Shown: positions 48,835 to 58,407 of the stretch, one piece after another | How positions within the stretch are numbered: position 1 is the first letter of the stretch | Layout: every line of letters begins with the position of its first letter | Source of the DNA: an uncultured SAR86 cluster bacterium | GTDB lineage: Bacteria > Pseudomonadota > Gammaproteobacteria > Magnimaribacterales > AG-339-G14 | Assembly: GCA_902632605.1 (NCBI GenBank) | Contig: CACPDB010000003.1 | Location: 66,342-130,341, forward strand | Direction: 5' to 3' | Length of the DNA: 64,000 nucleotides | Notes under the pieces: generated by a model | What the model was told of the DNA's origin: nothing | Databases searched by the model: none | The model's input: only the letters and a program-made list of their open reading frames with translations | Translations under genes and position numbers: made by a program

Positions 48835-49482
48835 ATGAAGAATATTCAGGCTCTCATTTTTGATTACGATGGTGTTATTGCAGAATCAAACGAAATCAAA
48901 CTTTCAGCGTTCAAAGAATTATTTAAGGATGAGAAAAAAGAGGATATCCAAGAACTTATAAATTTTCATGTTAACCATGAAGGCATATCTAGAATAAAAA
49001 AAATAGAACATTTTTATAACCAAGTATTAAAAAAAGAAATTTCTAATGAAGACTTAGAATTAAAATCAACTCATTTTTCAAGGTTGGTTGTGAAGAAGGT
49101 CATAGAATGTAAAAAAGTGAAAGGTGTGAGAAAATTTTTAAAAAATAATTCTGATAAATATAAATGTTTTATATCTACTGGCACTCCAACAGAGGAAATT
49201 AAAATGATTTTAAAAGAAACTAAAATGTATGATTTTTTTCAAGAAATTTATGGCTCACCAGAAACAAAAATCCAGCACATTTCAAGCATAATCCAAAAAT
49301 ATAAATTTAATCAGGATAATTTGCTATTTGTAGGAGACTCTAATACAGATCTATTGGCTGCTAAAAAATGCAAAATAAAATTTATCTTGAGGTCTCATAA
49401 ATCTAATCAGGAAGTAGACTCCTCATTTAGCGGTATCAAATTTAAAAACTTCTATCAACTTCAAGAGTATTTCGATAATTAA
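48835..49482 (+). CDS. HAD-superfamily phosphatase
   Basis: FDYDGVI, G.SR..K, GSP..K, VGDS..D. Confidence 0.88.
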   Translation: MKNIQALIFDYDGVIAESNEIKLSAFKELFKDEKKEDIQELINFHVNHEGISRIKKIEHFYNQVLKKEISNEDLELKSTHFSRLVVKKVIECKKVKGVRKFLKNNSDKYKCFISTGTPTEEIKMILKETKMYDFFQEIYGSPETKIQHISSIIQKYKFNQDNLLFVGDSNTDLLAAKKCKIKFILRSHKSNQEVDSSFSGIKFKNFYQLQEYFDN

Positions 49483-49524
49483 AATCATATTTCGATAAGA
49501 AGGTTATCGACAAAATAAATAAAG

Positions 49525-50715
49525 ATGTTAAAAGATAAAAAAATTATTTTTCTCATAAATCATGTTTCCTTCTTTATATCTCACAGACTCCCTATAGCTC
49601 TGAGAGCTATAGAAGAAGGCTGCAATGTAGAACTTATTACAGGTAAAGCCGGAAGCGAAACTATGGAAAAAGAAGCTTTAAAGACTCTTAAAAGATATGA
49701 TATTAAGCATACAAGAGTTAGTTTTGAAAGTTCTAGTTTAAATATTTTTAGAGAAACAAAATCTTTAATCGAGTTATATAAATTATTAAAAACTAAGGAA
49801 CCAGATATTCTGCATATGGCATCTCCAAAGGCAGTTACATATGGAGGAATTATTTCTAACTTTTTAACCATACCTGGATTAGTTTTTTCAATTTCAGGAT
49901 TGGGATTTATATTTACTGAAACTAAAAATAATTCTTTATTTAGAGACTCAATAAAGCTAATTTTCAGAATTTTTTCTAAATTTATAATTGATCGAAATAA
50001 AAATATTAAAATTATTGTTCAAAATAGTGATGATCTTAATTTTTTCATAGAAAAAAAAATAGGAAAGCCAAGTCAAGTATTGTTGATTAAGGGTTCTGGT
50101 GTGGATTTGAATGATTTTGCTGATATTACATTTGAAGAAAAAGATAAGATAATTGTGTTCCCTGCAAGAGTTATTTTGGATAAGGGCATTAGAGAATTTA
50201 TATTGGCTGCTAATAAGCTGAAACTAATCCATCCTGACTGGGATTTTTTGGTTGCTGGAGCTTATGATTATAAAAATCCAACATCTATTTCATTTAAAGA
50301 GATTCAAAATTTAGTTTCAAATAATTCTGTAAAGTTTTTAGGACATGTGAACAATGTCAATGAGCTGTTTAGGAGATCGTCTATTGTGTGTTTGCCTTCT
50401 TATCGCGAAGGAATGCCCAAAGCAATTCTTGAAGCACAAGCAGCGGGGTGTGCAATTGTTACAACAGATGTTGTTGGTTGTAGAGAGTCGATTGAAAGAG
50501 ATAAAACAGGCTATTTAGTAAGTCCCTATAATGTCAATGAACTTATTGAAGCTTTAGAAAAATTGATATCCAACAAAAAGAAAAGAGAAGATTTTGGAAG
50601 TTTTGGGATTGAATTTGCAAAGAAAAACTTCGACTTAAATGTTGTTCTTGATAAAGTGATGGGAACTTATGAACTTTTGCTTAAAAAAAATTTGAATGAC
50701 AAAAAAGAATTTTAA
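49525..50715 (+). CDS. Glycosyltransferase family 4
   Basis: F..HR, GSGVD, R...DKG, PSYREGMP..ILEA, TTDV.GC. Confidence 0.93.
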   Translation: MLKDKKIIFLINHVSFFISHRLPIALRAIEEGCNVELITGKAGSETMEKEALKTLKRYDIKHTRVSFESSSLNIFRETKSLIELYKLLKTKEPDILHMASPKAVTYGGIISNFLTIPGLVFSISGLGFIFTETKNNSLFRDSIKLIFRIFSKFIIDRNKNIKIIVQNSDDLNFFIEKKIGKPSQVLLIKGSGVDLNDFADITFEEKDKIIVFPARVILDKGIREFILAANKLKLIHPDWDFLVAGAYDYKNPTSISFKEIQNLVSNNSVKFLGHVNNVNELFRRSSIVCLPSYREGMPKAILEAQAAGCAIVTTDVVGCRESIERDKTGYLVSPYNVNELIEALEKLISNKKKREDFGSFGIEFAKKNFDLNVVLDKVMGTYELLLKKNLNDKKEF

Positions 50716-51970
50716 CAAAAATATTTCAGTAATAGGTCTGGGTTATGTCGGCTTACCCCTTGCAATAGAATTTTCAAAAAAATTCAATGTAGTCGGTTTC
50801 GACCTTAATAAAAATAGAATTGAAGAATTAATCAATTGTGTAGACCGAACTAGCGAAATTTCTAAAGAGGAATTAAAAAAAACAGACATTAAGTTTACTT
50901 CTTTTGAAGACGATCTTCTAAAAACAAACATTTATATTGTTACAGTTCCAACACCAGTTGATAGGTATAAAAATCCAAATCTTCAAAATTTAAAGGCAGC
51001 CTCTGAATTAGTTGGATCTTTACTTAATAAAAATAATCTTGTTATTTACGAATCTACTGTTTTTCCGGGTGCAACAGAGGAACTTTGCATTCCTATTTTA
51101 GAGAAAGCAAGTGGTCTAAAGTTAAATAAAGACTTTTATTGTGGCTATAGTCCAGAAAGAGTTAATCCGGGAGATAAAGATCACAAATTAATTGACACAT
51201 TAAAGATAACTAGTGGCAGTAATAAAAAAGCATTAAAAATGGTTGATGATCTCTATCAAGAAATAATCAATGCTGGTACTTACAAAGCTGAAAGTATAAA
51301 AGTAGCAGAGGCAGCAAAAGTAATTGAAAATACTCAAAGAGATTTAAATATAGCTTTGATTAACGAGTTGAGTTTGATTTTTAATAAAATGAATTTAGAC
51401 ACTAATTCTGTAATAAACGCAGCTTCAACGAAATGGAATTTTATGAAATTTACTCCTGGTCTTGTAGGAGGACATTGTATTGGGGTGGATCCATATTATC
51501 TTACTTATAAAGCTAAAAAGTTAGGTTACTCTCCAGAGATAATTTTAGCTGGCAGAAGTCTCAACGATAGAATGCCTAAGCTTGTTACCCAGAAAATTTT
51601 TGATTTGATGAAAACTAAAAAAATAAATATCTCTAAAAGTAGAGTTCTTATTCTCGGAGCCACTTTCAAAGAGAACTGTCCAGATATAAGGAATTCAAAA
51701 GTAATAGAATTGATTAATTATCTATCAAAGAAAGTAAAATCTGTACACTGTTTTGATCCATTAGTGTCAAAAAACGATCGTTTTAGTATCAAAGTTTCTT
51801 GGTTAGATACATTAAAAGAATCAAAAAAATATGATGCTATTGTTTTTGCTGTTCCGCATAAAAAGATAATAGATAAAAAAAAATATATCCTAAACCTGAG
51901 AAAAAAGAAGGGAGTTATATATGATTTAAAAGGCTTTCTTTCTGTTAATGAAAGTGATGGGAGGCTATAG
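50696..51970 (+). CDS. UDP-N-acetylhexosamine 6-dehydrogenase (TviB/WbpO family)
   Basis: GLGYVGLP, VPTP, ESTV, SPER, GGHCIGVDP, TFKENCPD.RNS. Confidence 0.92.
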   Translation: MTKKNFNKNISVIGLGYVGLPLAIEFSKKFNVVGFDLNKNRIEELINCVDRTSEISKEELKKTDIKFTSFEDDLLKTNIYIVTVPTPVDRYKNPNLQNLKAASELVGSLLNKNNLVIYESTVFPGATEELCIPILEKASGLKLNKDFYCGYSPERVNPGDKDHKLIDTLKITSGSNKKALKMVDDLYQEIINAGTYKAESIKVAEAAKVIENTQRDLNIALINELSLIFNKMNLDTNSVINAASTKWNFMKFTPGLVGGHCIGVDPYYLTYKAKKLGYSPEIILAGRSLNDRMPKLVTQKIFDLMKTKKINISKSRVLILGATFKENCPDIRNSKVIELINYLSKKVKSVHCFDPLVSKNDRFSIKVSWLDTLKESKKYDAIVFAVPHKKIIDKKKYILNLRKKKGVIYDLKGFLSVNESDGRL

Positions 51971-51975
51971 GAAAA

Positions 51976-53289
51976 TTGAAGAAACTTACTCTTATTGAAT
52001 TAAATGAAATAAATTTAGATATAGCTGATTCTTACATTGAAAAATTAAACTTAGAAGGTTTTAAAAAGCTTAAACTTTTAAATTCTTTAAAAACAAATTC
52101 TGAAAAAGAATACGAGTTATTAGAGCCTTGGATTCAATGGCACTCAATTCATACGGGATTATCAGCTCAGGAACATGAATTATTTAGACTTGGAGATATA
52201 ACAAATAATAAAAACAAAAATATTTTTGAGCATTTAGATTCTAAAGGTCTAAAAATTGGTGTAATTAGCGCTATGAATATTTTAAATAATTTTGAGCATG
52301 CTGCTTTTTTTATCCCAGATCCATGGACTTCAACTCATTCTGGAGAGACATTTTGGGAGAAGAAAATATCCAAATTTTTAAATCAAACAGTTAACGATAA
52401 TTCTAAAAATGAGATTCGCTTAGTAAATTATTTATATATTCTTCTAACTTTTTTAAGATTTGCTAGATTTAAAAATTATCTAAAATTTTTCAAATTAGCT
52501 TTTTCTTCCTTCAAAAAGCCTTGGAGAAAAGCTCTATTTTTAGATCTGCTGCTAAGTGAAGTTTTTTTTAATTTATTAATTAAGCACAATTTAAATTTTG
52601 GAACTCTTTTCTTAAATGGAGGAGCTCATATTCAACATCATTATTTTTTTAATTGTTCTCTTGGAGTAGAGAAAAATAAAAAGCAAATAAATCCAGAATG
52701 GTATGTCAGTCATAAATACGATCCTTTTGCAGAAATGCTCATAGTTTATGACGAAATAATTAAAGAAGCAGTCAACTTAGAAAATAGAAATTTAATCGTT
52801 GCCACAGGGTTAACACAAGAACTAGATGATAAGGCTGTCTTCTATTACAGACCAAAAAATCATGAGGATTTTTTAAATAAGATTGGAATAAACTTCAAAA
52901 GGGTTTTACCAAGAATGTCTAGAGACTTTCTCATTGAATTTTCTTCGGAAGGGGAAGCAAGCAATGCAGAAAAATTACTAAGTTCAATAAAACTTAATGA
53001 TAAATATTTTTTTTTAGAGCCTGATAACAGAGGAACATCGATATTTATGTCTATTGGATACGATAGAGAAATATATGAAAGCGATAAAATTCAATTGGGC
53101 GAGAAGAGTATTGAAATATTTAAGGAGCTTTCTTTTGTGGCTATAAAAAATGGCAAACATTCTGAAAAAGGTTATCTATTTTTAGATAAAGATATTCAAA
53201 CCAAGGATTCCTATTTAGAGAATGGGACTATCAATGTTAAAGATATTTTTTTTATCATTAATGATTTTTTTAAAAAAAGTGATTTTTAG
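51976..53289 (+). CDS. Hypothetical protein, possibly alkaline-phosphatase-superfamily fold (TTG start)
   Basis: IELNEIN, EPWIQW.S.HTG, AH.QHHY, VATGL, C-terminal G.H. Confidence 0.5.
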   Translation: MKKLTLIELNEINLDIADSYIEKLNLEGFKKLKLLNSLKTNSEKEYELLEPWIQWHSIHTGLSAQEHELFRLGDITNNKNKNIFEHLDSKGLKIGVISAMNILNNFEHAAFFIPDPWTSTHSGETFWEKKISKFLNQTVNDNSKNEIRLVNYLYILLTFLRFARFKNYLKFFKLAFSSFKKPWRKALFLDLLLSEVFFNLLIKHNLNFGTLFLNGGAHIQHHYFFNCSLGVEKNKKQINPEWYVSHKYDPFAEMLIVYDEIIKEAVNLENRNLIVATGLTQELDDKAVFYYRPKNHEDFLNKIGINFKRVLPRMSRDFLIEFSSEGEASNAEKLLSSIKLNDKYFFLEPDNRGTSIFMSIGYDREIYESDKIQLGEKSIEIFKELSFVAIKNGKHSEKGYLFLDKDIQTKDSYLENGTINVKDIFFIINDFFKKSDF

Positions 53290-54266
53290 TAATAACTTTT
53301 GTACCAATCAATAAAACTTTTTATTCCTTCATTGATAGAAGTTTTAGGAGAAAAGCCATAATGTTTTTTTATTTTTTTTATATTAGATACAGTCTTTTTT
53401 ACGTCTCCCATTTGAAGTGGCATTAAATTTCTTTTAGCTTTTTTCCCTATATTTTTTTCTATTTCTTTGATCAAGTTATTTAGAGTAATAGGATGATCTC
53501 CTCCTATGTTATATATTTCAGAATAACTATTAGAAAGGTATTTATTTTTTTTCAAGGAGACCAAAGAAATACCTTCTACTACATCATCGATGTAGGTAAA
53601 GTCCCGTGAGTGCTTACCATAATTAAATACATCAATTGGTTTGTTATTTATTATCAAATTCGTAAATTTATGAATTGACATATCTGGTCTTCCCCAAGGT
53701 CCGTAAACGGTAAAAAACCTAAGCCCAATAAAACTTATTTTGTATAAATCGTTATATGCATTTGCCATTAATTCATTCGTTCTTTTTGTAACAGCATAAA
53801 ATTGAAGAGGGTTGTCCACTCTATCATTTTCAGAAAATGGAAAATCTGTGTTTCCACCGTATACTGAACTCGTAGAAGCATAGACAATCTTTTCTACTCC
53901 ATAATCCTTTGCATATTTAATTATGTTTAGGAAAGATGAAATGTTATTTGATACGTAGTCTTCTGGGTGATCTAGAGAGTGTCTTACACCAGCCTGTGCT
54001 GCTAAATTAACAATAATGTCTGGCTTAAATTGTTTTAAAGTTTTAATGATTTTTTTATTAGATATATCTTCTATTTTGGAAATATAGTTACCATTTATTC
54101 CATCCAAAACTTTTCCTCTATCTTTTTTTAATTTCTGAGAATAATAATTATTTAGAGAATCTACCCCCATAATTGTGTGACCTTCATGAATAAGTCTTTT
54201 AGCTAAATGAAATCCAATAAAGCCTAGATGACCTGTTATGAGAATTTTTTTGTCTTTTTTCTGCAT
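53286..54266 (-). CDS. UDP-glucuronate/uronate 4-epimerase family
   Basis: G..GFIG, LAAQAGVR, YAVTK, RFFTVYGPWGRPDM, RDFTYIDD. Confidence 0.92.
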   Translation of the reverse strand: MQKKDKKILITGHLGFIGFHLAKRLIHEGHTIMGVDSLNNYYSQKLKKDRGKVLDGINGNYISKIEDISNKKIIKTLKQFKPDIIVNLAAQAGVRHSLDHPEDYVSNNISSFLNIIKYAKDYGVEKIVYASTSSVYGGNTDFPFSENDRVDNPLQFYAVTKRTNELMANAYNDLYKISFIGLRFFTVYGPWGRPDMSIHKFTNLIINNKPIDVFNYGKHSRDFTYIDDVVEGISLVSLKKNKYLSNSYSEIYNIGGDHPITLNNLIKEIEKNIGKKAKRNLMPLQMGDVKKTVSNIKKIKKHYGFSPKTSINEGIKSFIDWYKSYY

Positions 54267-54415
54267 TACACAAGATAAATTTTTTTCTTCATAAGAGTTT
54301 TAGATTCAAAATCAAAAATTTATATAAAATTATTTTAAATCGGATAGAATCAAAATGAACATGTAAATTTCTATTTGTCTATTCTAATCGAGTTCAATTA
54401 TTTGAAGTTAAAAAA

Positions 54416-55300
54416 ATGAAAAATAGCTTAAAAAAAATAGTCATACCAATCGCTGGATTAGGAACTAGGATGTTACCAGCTACAAAAGCTATTCCAAAAG
54501 AAATGCTTCCAGTTGTTGATAAGCCTATAATTCAATACATAGTTGAGGAGGCTGTCGAAGCTAAGTTTAACGAAATAATTTTGATTACTCATTCGAGCAA
54601 GGCATCTGTAGAAAACCATTTTGATAAAAGTTTTGAATTAGAGGCAACTTTAGAAAAAAGAGTAAAAAGAGGTTTGTTAAAAGAAATAAAATCAATTTCA
54701 AGGTTAAATGTAACTATACAAAGCATCAGGCAAGGAGAAGCTAAGGGCTTGGGTCACGCAATCTTGTGTTCAAGGTCAATTGTAGGGGATGAACCTTTCG
54801 CAATAACTCTTCCAGATATGCTGATTTCATCTGATAAAAAATCTTCTAGTTTATTAGAAATGAAAAATGAATTTGAGATTTCAGGTGACTCTTCAATCTT
54901 ACTAGGGAAAGCAAAAAAAACAGAAATATCTCGATATGGAATAGTAAAACTAAGTAATAAAAAAAATAAAAGAGGGTTTAGAAAAATAGAAAAAATTATT
55001 GAAAAGCCTAAAATGAATATAGCTCCTTCAAGCTTATTTGCTGCAGGAAGGTATATCTTTACAAACAAAATATTCAATAGCTTGTCGAGAGTAAAACCAG
55101 ATAAATCTGGAGAAATACAGCTCACTGACGCAATTCAAGATTTTTTATTAAATGAAGAAGTAATTTGTTTTAATCTCAAAGGAGACCTTTTTGACTGTGG
55201 AGATAAACTCGGATACTTAAAGGCAATTGTTCATAAAGCACAAGAGGATGAAGATATTGGGAAAGAATTTAAAAAATATATAAAAAAATTATCTTATTAG
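54416..55300 (+). CDS. galU: UTP-glucose-1-phosphate uridylyltransferase
   Basis: AGLGTRMLPATKAIPKEMLP, GLGHA, EKP, EIQLTDA. Confidence 0.96.
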   Translation: MKNSLKKIVIPIAGLGTRMLPATKAIPKEMLPVVDKPIIQYIVEEAVEAKFNEIILITHSSKASVENHFDKSFELEATLEKRVKRGLLKEIKSISRLNVTIQSIRQGEAKGLGHAILCSRSIVGDEPFAITLPDMLISSDKKSSSLLEMKNEFEISGDSSILLGKAKKTEISRYGIVKLSNKKNKRGFRKIEKIIEKPKMNIAPSSLFAAGRYIFTNKIFNSLSRVKPDKSGEIQLTDAIQDFLLNEEVICFNLKGDLFDCGDKLGYLKAIVHKAQEDEDIGKEFKKYIKKLSY

Positions 55301-55926
55301 AGTTCTAAGTCACTAATTACTGTAATTTTTTTCTTTTTCTTAAAAAACTCATCTGAATGGGTTCCTCTTCCATCAAATAAATCTTTTAAAGCTTGTTTTT
55401 TTTCTGTTCCAAATGCAGTTAAGAATATTTTTTTTGATAAAAAAAGCTTTTCAACTTTATAACTTAGTCTTTTTCTGGGCGGTTTCTTAGCATTATCGGT
55501 TACACAAAAAAAGTCATCATAACTTTTTGAATTACTAAAGTGACCCGCCAAGTGCCCGTCGTTTCCTATGCTTAAGAAGCAAATATCAAAGTCTGTATAA
55601 AAAACGTTATCAAGACTTTTTTCTTCGAAGTTTTGCGGGAAATAGTAAAGTTCATTTTGTTTTAGAAAATGATTTTTATTTAGAATTTCGCGCAGTGACT
55701 CAGAGTTCCTAAGTTCTTTTTTTGAACTGATTCTTTCGTCGGTCAAAAAAAATTTTTTCCCCAATATGCTTTTATTTTCAGCAAGAAACATTGCAAATCT
55801 CTTACCAAATCTCCCGCCTGTAATGCCAATATTTATTTGTTTTTTATCTGTAAATATAGAATTTGAGAAATCAAAAATTTTCTTTACACCATCATCTAAA
55901 TCTTTAACTTTAACAAAATTATGCAT
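55297..55926 (-). CDS. Divergent 6-phosphogluconolactonase-like protein
   Basis: TGG, TDER, SIG.DGH.A, PP..R.S, G.EK motifs of the NagB/Pgl family. Confidence 0.7.
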   Translation of the reverse strand: MHNFVKVKDLDDGVKKIFDFSNSIFTDKKQINIGITGGRFGKRFAMFLAENKSILGKKFFLTDERISSKKELRNSESLREILNKNHFLKQNELYYFPQNFEEKSLDNVFYTDFDICFLSIGNDGHLAGHFSNSKSYDDFFCVTDNAKKPPRKRLSYKVEKLFLSKKIFLTAFGTEKKQALKDLFDGRGTHSDEFFKKKKKITVISDLEL

Positions 55927-55982
55927 TTACATATGCTATCTTAATAGATTATAAAAATTAAATTCACGACAAGAAATCTTTT

Positions 55983-56759
55983 ATGAACAAAATCGTTGTA
56001 GTAAGCGGTGGATTTGATCCCCTTCATTCAGGACACATTGACTCTTTCAAAGAGGCAGCAAAATTAGGAGATTACCTGATCGTTGCTTTAAATAGCGACC
56101 AATGGCTAATCAATAAGAAAACAAAATATTTGCTACCTTTTGAAGAAAGAAAATCAATTATTGAAAATTTATCAATGGTTGATGAAGTTATCAGTTTTGA
56201 TGATGATGAGTATGGAAGTTGCATCAACGCTTTAGAAAAGATAAAGAAAAGATTCAAAAATAATGAAATATTTTTTTGCAATGGAGGAGATCGTAAAAAA
56301 TCAAATATTCCAGAGATGCAAGTTCAAGGAATTAAATTTAAATTTGGTATAGGAGGAGATTTTAAAAAAAATTCTTCCAGTTCAATTCTAAAAAAATGGA
56401 ACTTCACTAGAGAGGAAAGAATTTGGGGAAGCTTTTACAATCTGTTTTTTGATAAAAAAATTAAAATCAAAGAATTAATTATTAATCCAAAAAAAGGTAT
56501 GAGTTTCCAGAGGCACTTTTATCGAAGTGAAGTTTGGTTTGTGAGTGAAGGTTCCTGTCTAGTAAAGCACAAAAAAAAGGGAGATAAACTTGAAACAGAA
56601 TATAACCTTAAAAAAAACGATATTTTTCAAGTACAAAAAGAAGATTGGCATCAAATAATAAATTTATCTAACGAAGTTTGTAAAATTATAGAAATTCAAT
56701 ATGGAGAGCAATTAAGAGAGTCAGATATTGAAAGAGAAAGTTTTTACGAAGGCAATTAA
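55983..56759 (+). CDS. HxGH nucleotidyltransferase fused to a type-II mannose-6-phosphate-isomerase-like cupin
   Basis: GGFDPLHSGH, NSD, NGGDR, SSS; then R.WG, S.QRH..RSE.W, WH, IEIQYG, DIER. Confidence 0.85.
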   Translation: MNKIVVVSGGFDPLHSGHIDSFKEAAKLGDYLIVALNSDQWLINKKTKYLLPFEERKSIIENLSMVDEVISFDDDEYGSCINALEKIKKRFKNNEIFFCNGGDRKKSNIPEMQVQGIKFKFGIGGDFKKNSSSSILKKWNFTREERIWGSFYNLFFDKKIKIKELIINPKKGMSFQRHFYRSEVWFVSEGSCLVKHKKKGDKLETEYNLKKNDIFQVQKEDWHQIINLSNEVCKIIEIQYGEQLRESDIERESFYEGN

Positions 56760-56770
56760 TAATTCAAAGT

Positions 56771-57631
56771 ATGAGAATATCATCTTTTTTTAGAAGACAA
56801 TTTAAAAAAAAAAGATTGGCTCAATATATCTCTAAGAGTTCAGAATTACATTATTTGGACAAAGAACTTTTTAAAAGTGACATTATTGGTATAGATACTG
56901 AGTTTGACTGGCGAACAACTTACTTCCCAAAGCTTTCTCTCATTCAAATTGTTACCTCTGACAAGATATTTATTATCGATTTTCTAAATATTCCTTCAGC
57001 ATCTTCATTGATATCTTTTTTAGAAAATCAAGATTGTCTCAAAATTTTCCATTCCGTTAGAAGTGATGCAACAGTTTTGAGTAAATGTCTAAATTGTAAA
57101 TGCAGGAATGTATTTGATATTCAAATTGCTGAAAAGCTACTACTAAATGGTGAAATACAGTCATATGGAAAAATTGTAGAGAAATACTTTGGTTTAAAAC
57201 TAGATAAAATGGAGACTAACTCAAACTGGTTGAAAAGACCTTTAACCGAAAATCAAGTGATTTATGCTCAAGATGATGTAGATTACTTAATTGAAATTTA
57301 TGAAATCCAAGAAAAAATTCTTAAAAAGAAGGGTCTTTTAGACCAAGCTTTTATGCTATCAGAAAGTGAAGCAATTTTAGGAAATCAACCTCTCATAAAT
57401 TCGAGGTTGAAGAAAAGGAGCAAAAAATTTAGCAAAAGAGATAAGGAAGTCTTTATTTGGAGAGAAAATCAGGCAGAGAATGAAGACGTTCCGCCTAGTT
57501 TTATTTTTAAAGATAAATATATAAATCTTTTGTCAAAAATTTTGCCTAAAGATACTTCTGCTAAAAAGAAGGTGATGAAAATTATTGGCGATTCAGAAAT
57601 ATCAGAAAGATTTATAAAGAAATTCTTATGA
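56771..57631 (+). CDS. rnd: Ribonuclease D-like exonuclease (start may be TTG near 56816)
   Basis: DTEF, LIQ, KIFH, FD.Q, W..RPL, YA..DV, HRDC-like WRE..A. Confidence 0.85.
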   Translation: MRISSFFRRQFKKKRLAQYISKSSELHYLDKELFKSDIIGIDTEFDWRTTYFPKLSLIQIVTSDKIFIIDFLNIPSASSLISFLENQDCLKIFHSVRSDATVLSKCLNCKCRNVFDIQIAEKLLLNGEIQSYGKIVEKYFGLKLDKMETNSNWLKRPLTENQVIYAQDDVDYLIEIYEIQEKILKKKGLLDQAFMLSESEAILGNQPLINSRLKKRSKKFSKRDKEVFIWRENQAENEDVPPSFIFKDKYINLLSKILPKDTSAKKKVMKIIGDSEISERFIKKFL

Positions 57632-57918
57632 TCTTTTGGTTAATTTATTTAATTTTAACAATTGTAATAAGTTTTATTTTTTCTTTTATGGTTAAAAATA
57701 GATTTTTAAAAATATTAATTTTTAGTTTTACATTATCTTTATTTACCACCTTTTGGTTTAAAAATCCTGGAAGTGAATCTTTGGCGCCAATATTTTCTAT
57801 ATTTTTAGTTGAATCAATAATAGTTGAGAGCAATGGGTTGACTAGGATTTTAAGACCTTTTTCTTTTATCTTTAGTTTAGTATTTATTGTGTCTTTGTTG
57901 TTTTGGAAAAAAGATTAA
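57628..57918 (+). CDS. Small hypothetical membrane protein
   Basis: Mostly hydrophobic; ATGA overlap with rnd. Confidence 0.6.
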   Translation: MIFWLIYLILTIVISFIFSFMVKNRFLKILIFSFTLSLFTTFWFKNPGSESLAPIFSIFLVESIIVESNGLTRILRPFSFIFSLVFIVSLLFWKKD

Positions 57919-58403
57919 AAACTCAATAACTTAGTATTTAAATTTTTAACATCTAAAATACCTATTTTATTTTTTCCTTGCATCAATCCAGCACACTCTC
58001 CTGGATTGAAAATTAAACATCCGTTTATCTTCTCATCTCTATGCATATGAGTATGCCCATGAAGTATCACATCACTTTTTTCTAACATTTCTTCATTTAT
58101 AAGTTCAGGATGATGAATAAGAGTAATTATCCTATCTTCAATTTCAATGGTATGAGGTTCACAAAAAATCTCACATCTAAATTCTTTAGATGCTTCTCTA
58201 AGATGCTTTTCATCACCTATATCATTATTCCCTAGAACTGCAATTATTGGGCAATTCAACTCTTTAAAAGCCAATAATGATTTTGGAAGCGAAATATCTC
58301 CGGTATGTAATACTAAATCTGCTCTATTCTCATTGAAAATAGAGCAGATGGTTTGTATATTTTTGAGATTATTATGCGTATCTCCTGTTACGCCAATAAT
58401 CAC
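57915..58403 (-). CDS. YfcE-family metallophosphoesterase
   Basis: DTH, GD, GNND, GHTH, NPG. Confidence 0.92.
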   Translation of the reverse strand: MIIGVTGDTHNNLKNIQTICSIFNENRADLVLHTGDISLPKSLLAFKELNCPIIAVLGNNDIGDEKHLREASKEFRCEIFCEPHTIEIEDRIITLIHHPELINEEMLEKSDVILHGHTHMHRDEKINGCLIFNPGECAGLMQGKNKIGILDVKNLNTKLLSF

Positions 58404-58407
58404 CGAT

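Larger units (their letters stand above)
23010..55300. other. Surface-polysaccharide/O-antigen-type variable island (right boundary uncertain, 53.3-56.8 kb)
   Basis: About 30 glycan-related genes, co-oriented to 53289, starting at the tRNA-Leu 3' end; several visibly more AT-rich than core genes; no integrase. Confidence 0.85.

Noticed and set aside
23010-56759. Island as an integrative element or prophage
   Set aside because: No integrase, transposase, phage genes or visible att repeat
56804-56813. A10 tract (also A9 at 32932 and near 48175) as phase-variation sites
   Set aside because: A/T runs are frequent at this composition and the reading frames are intact
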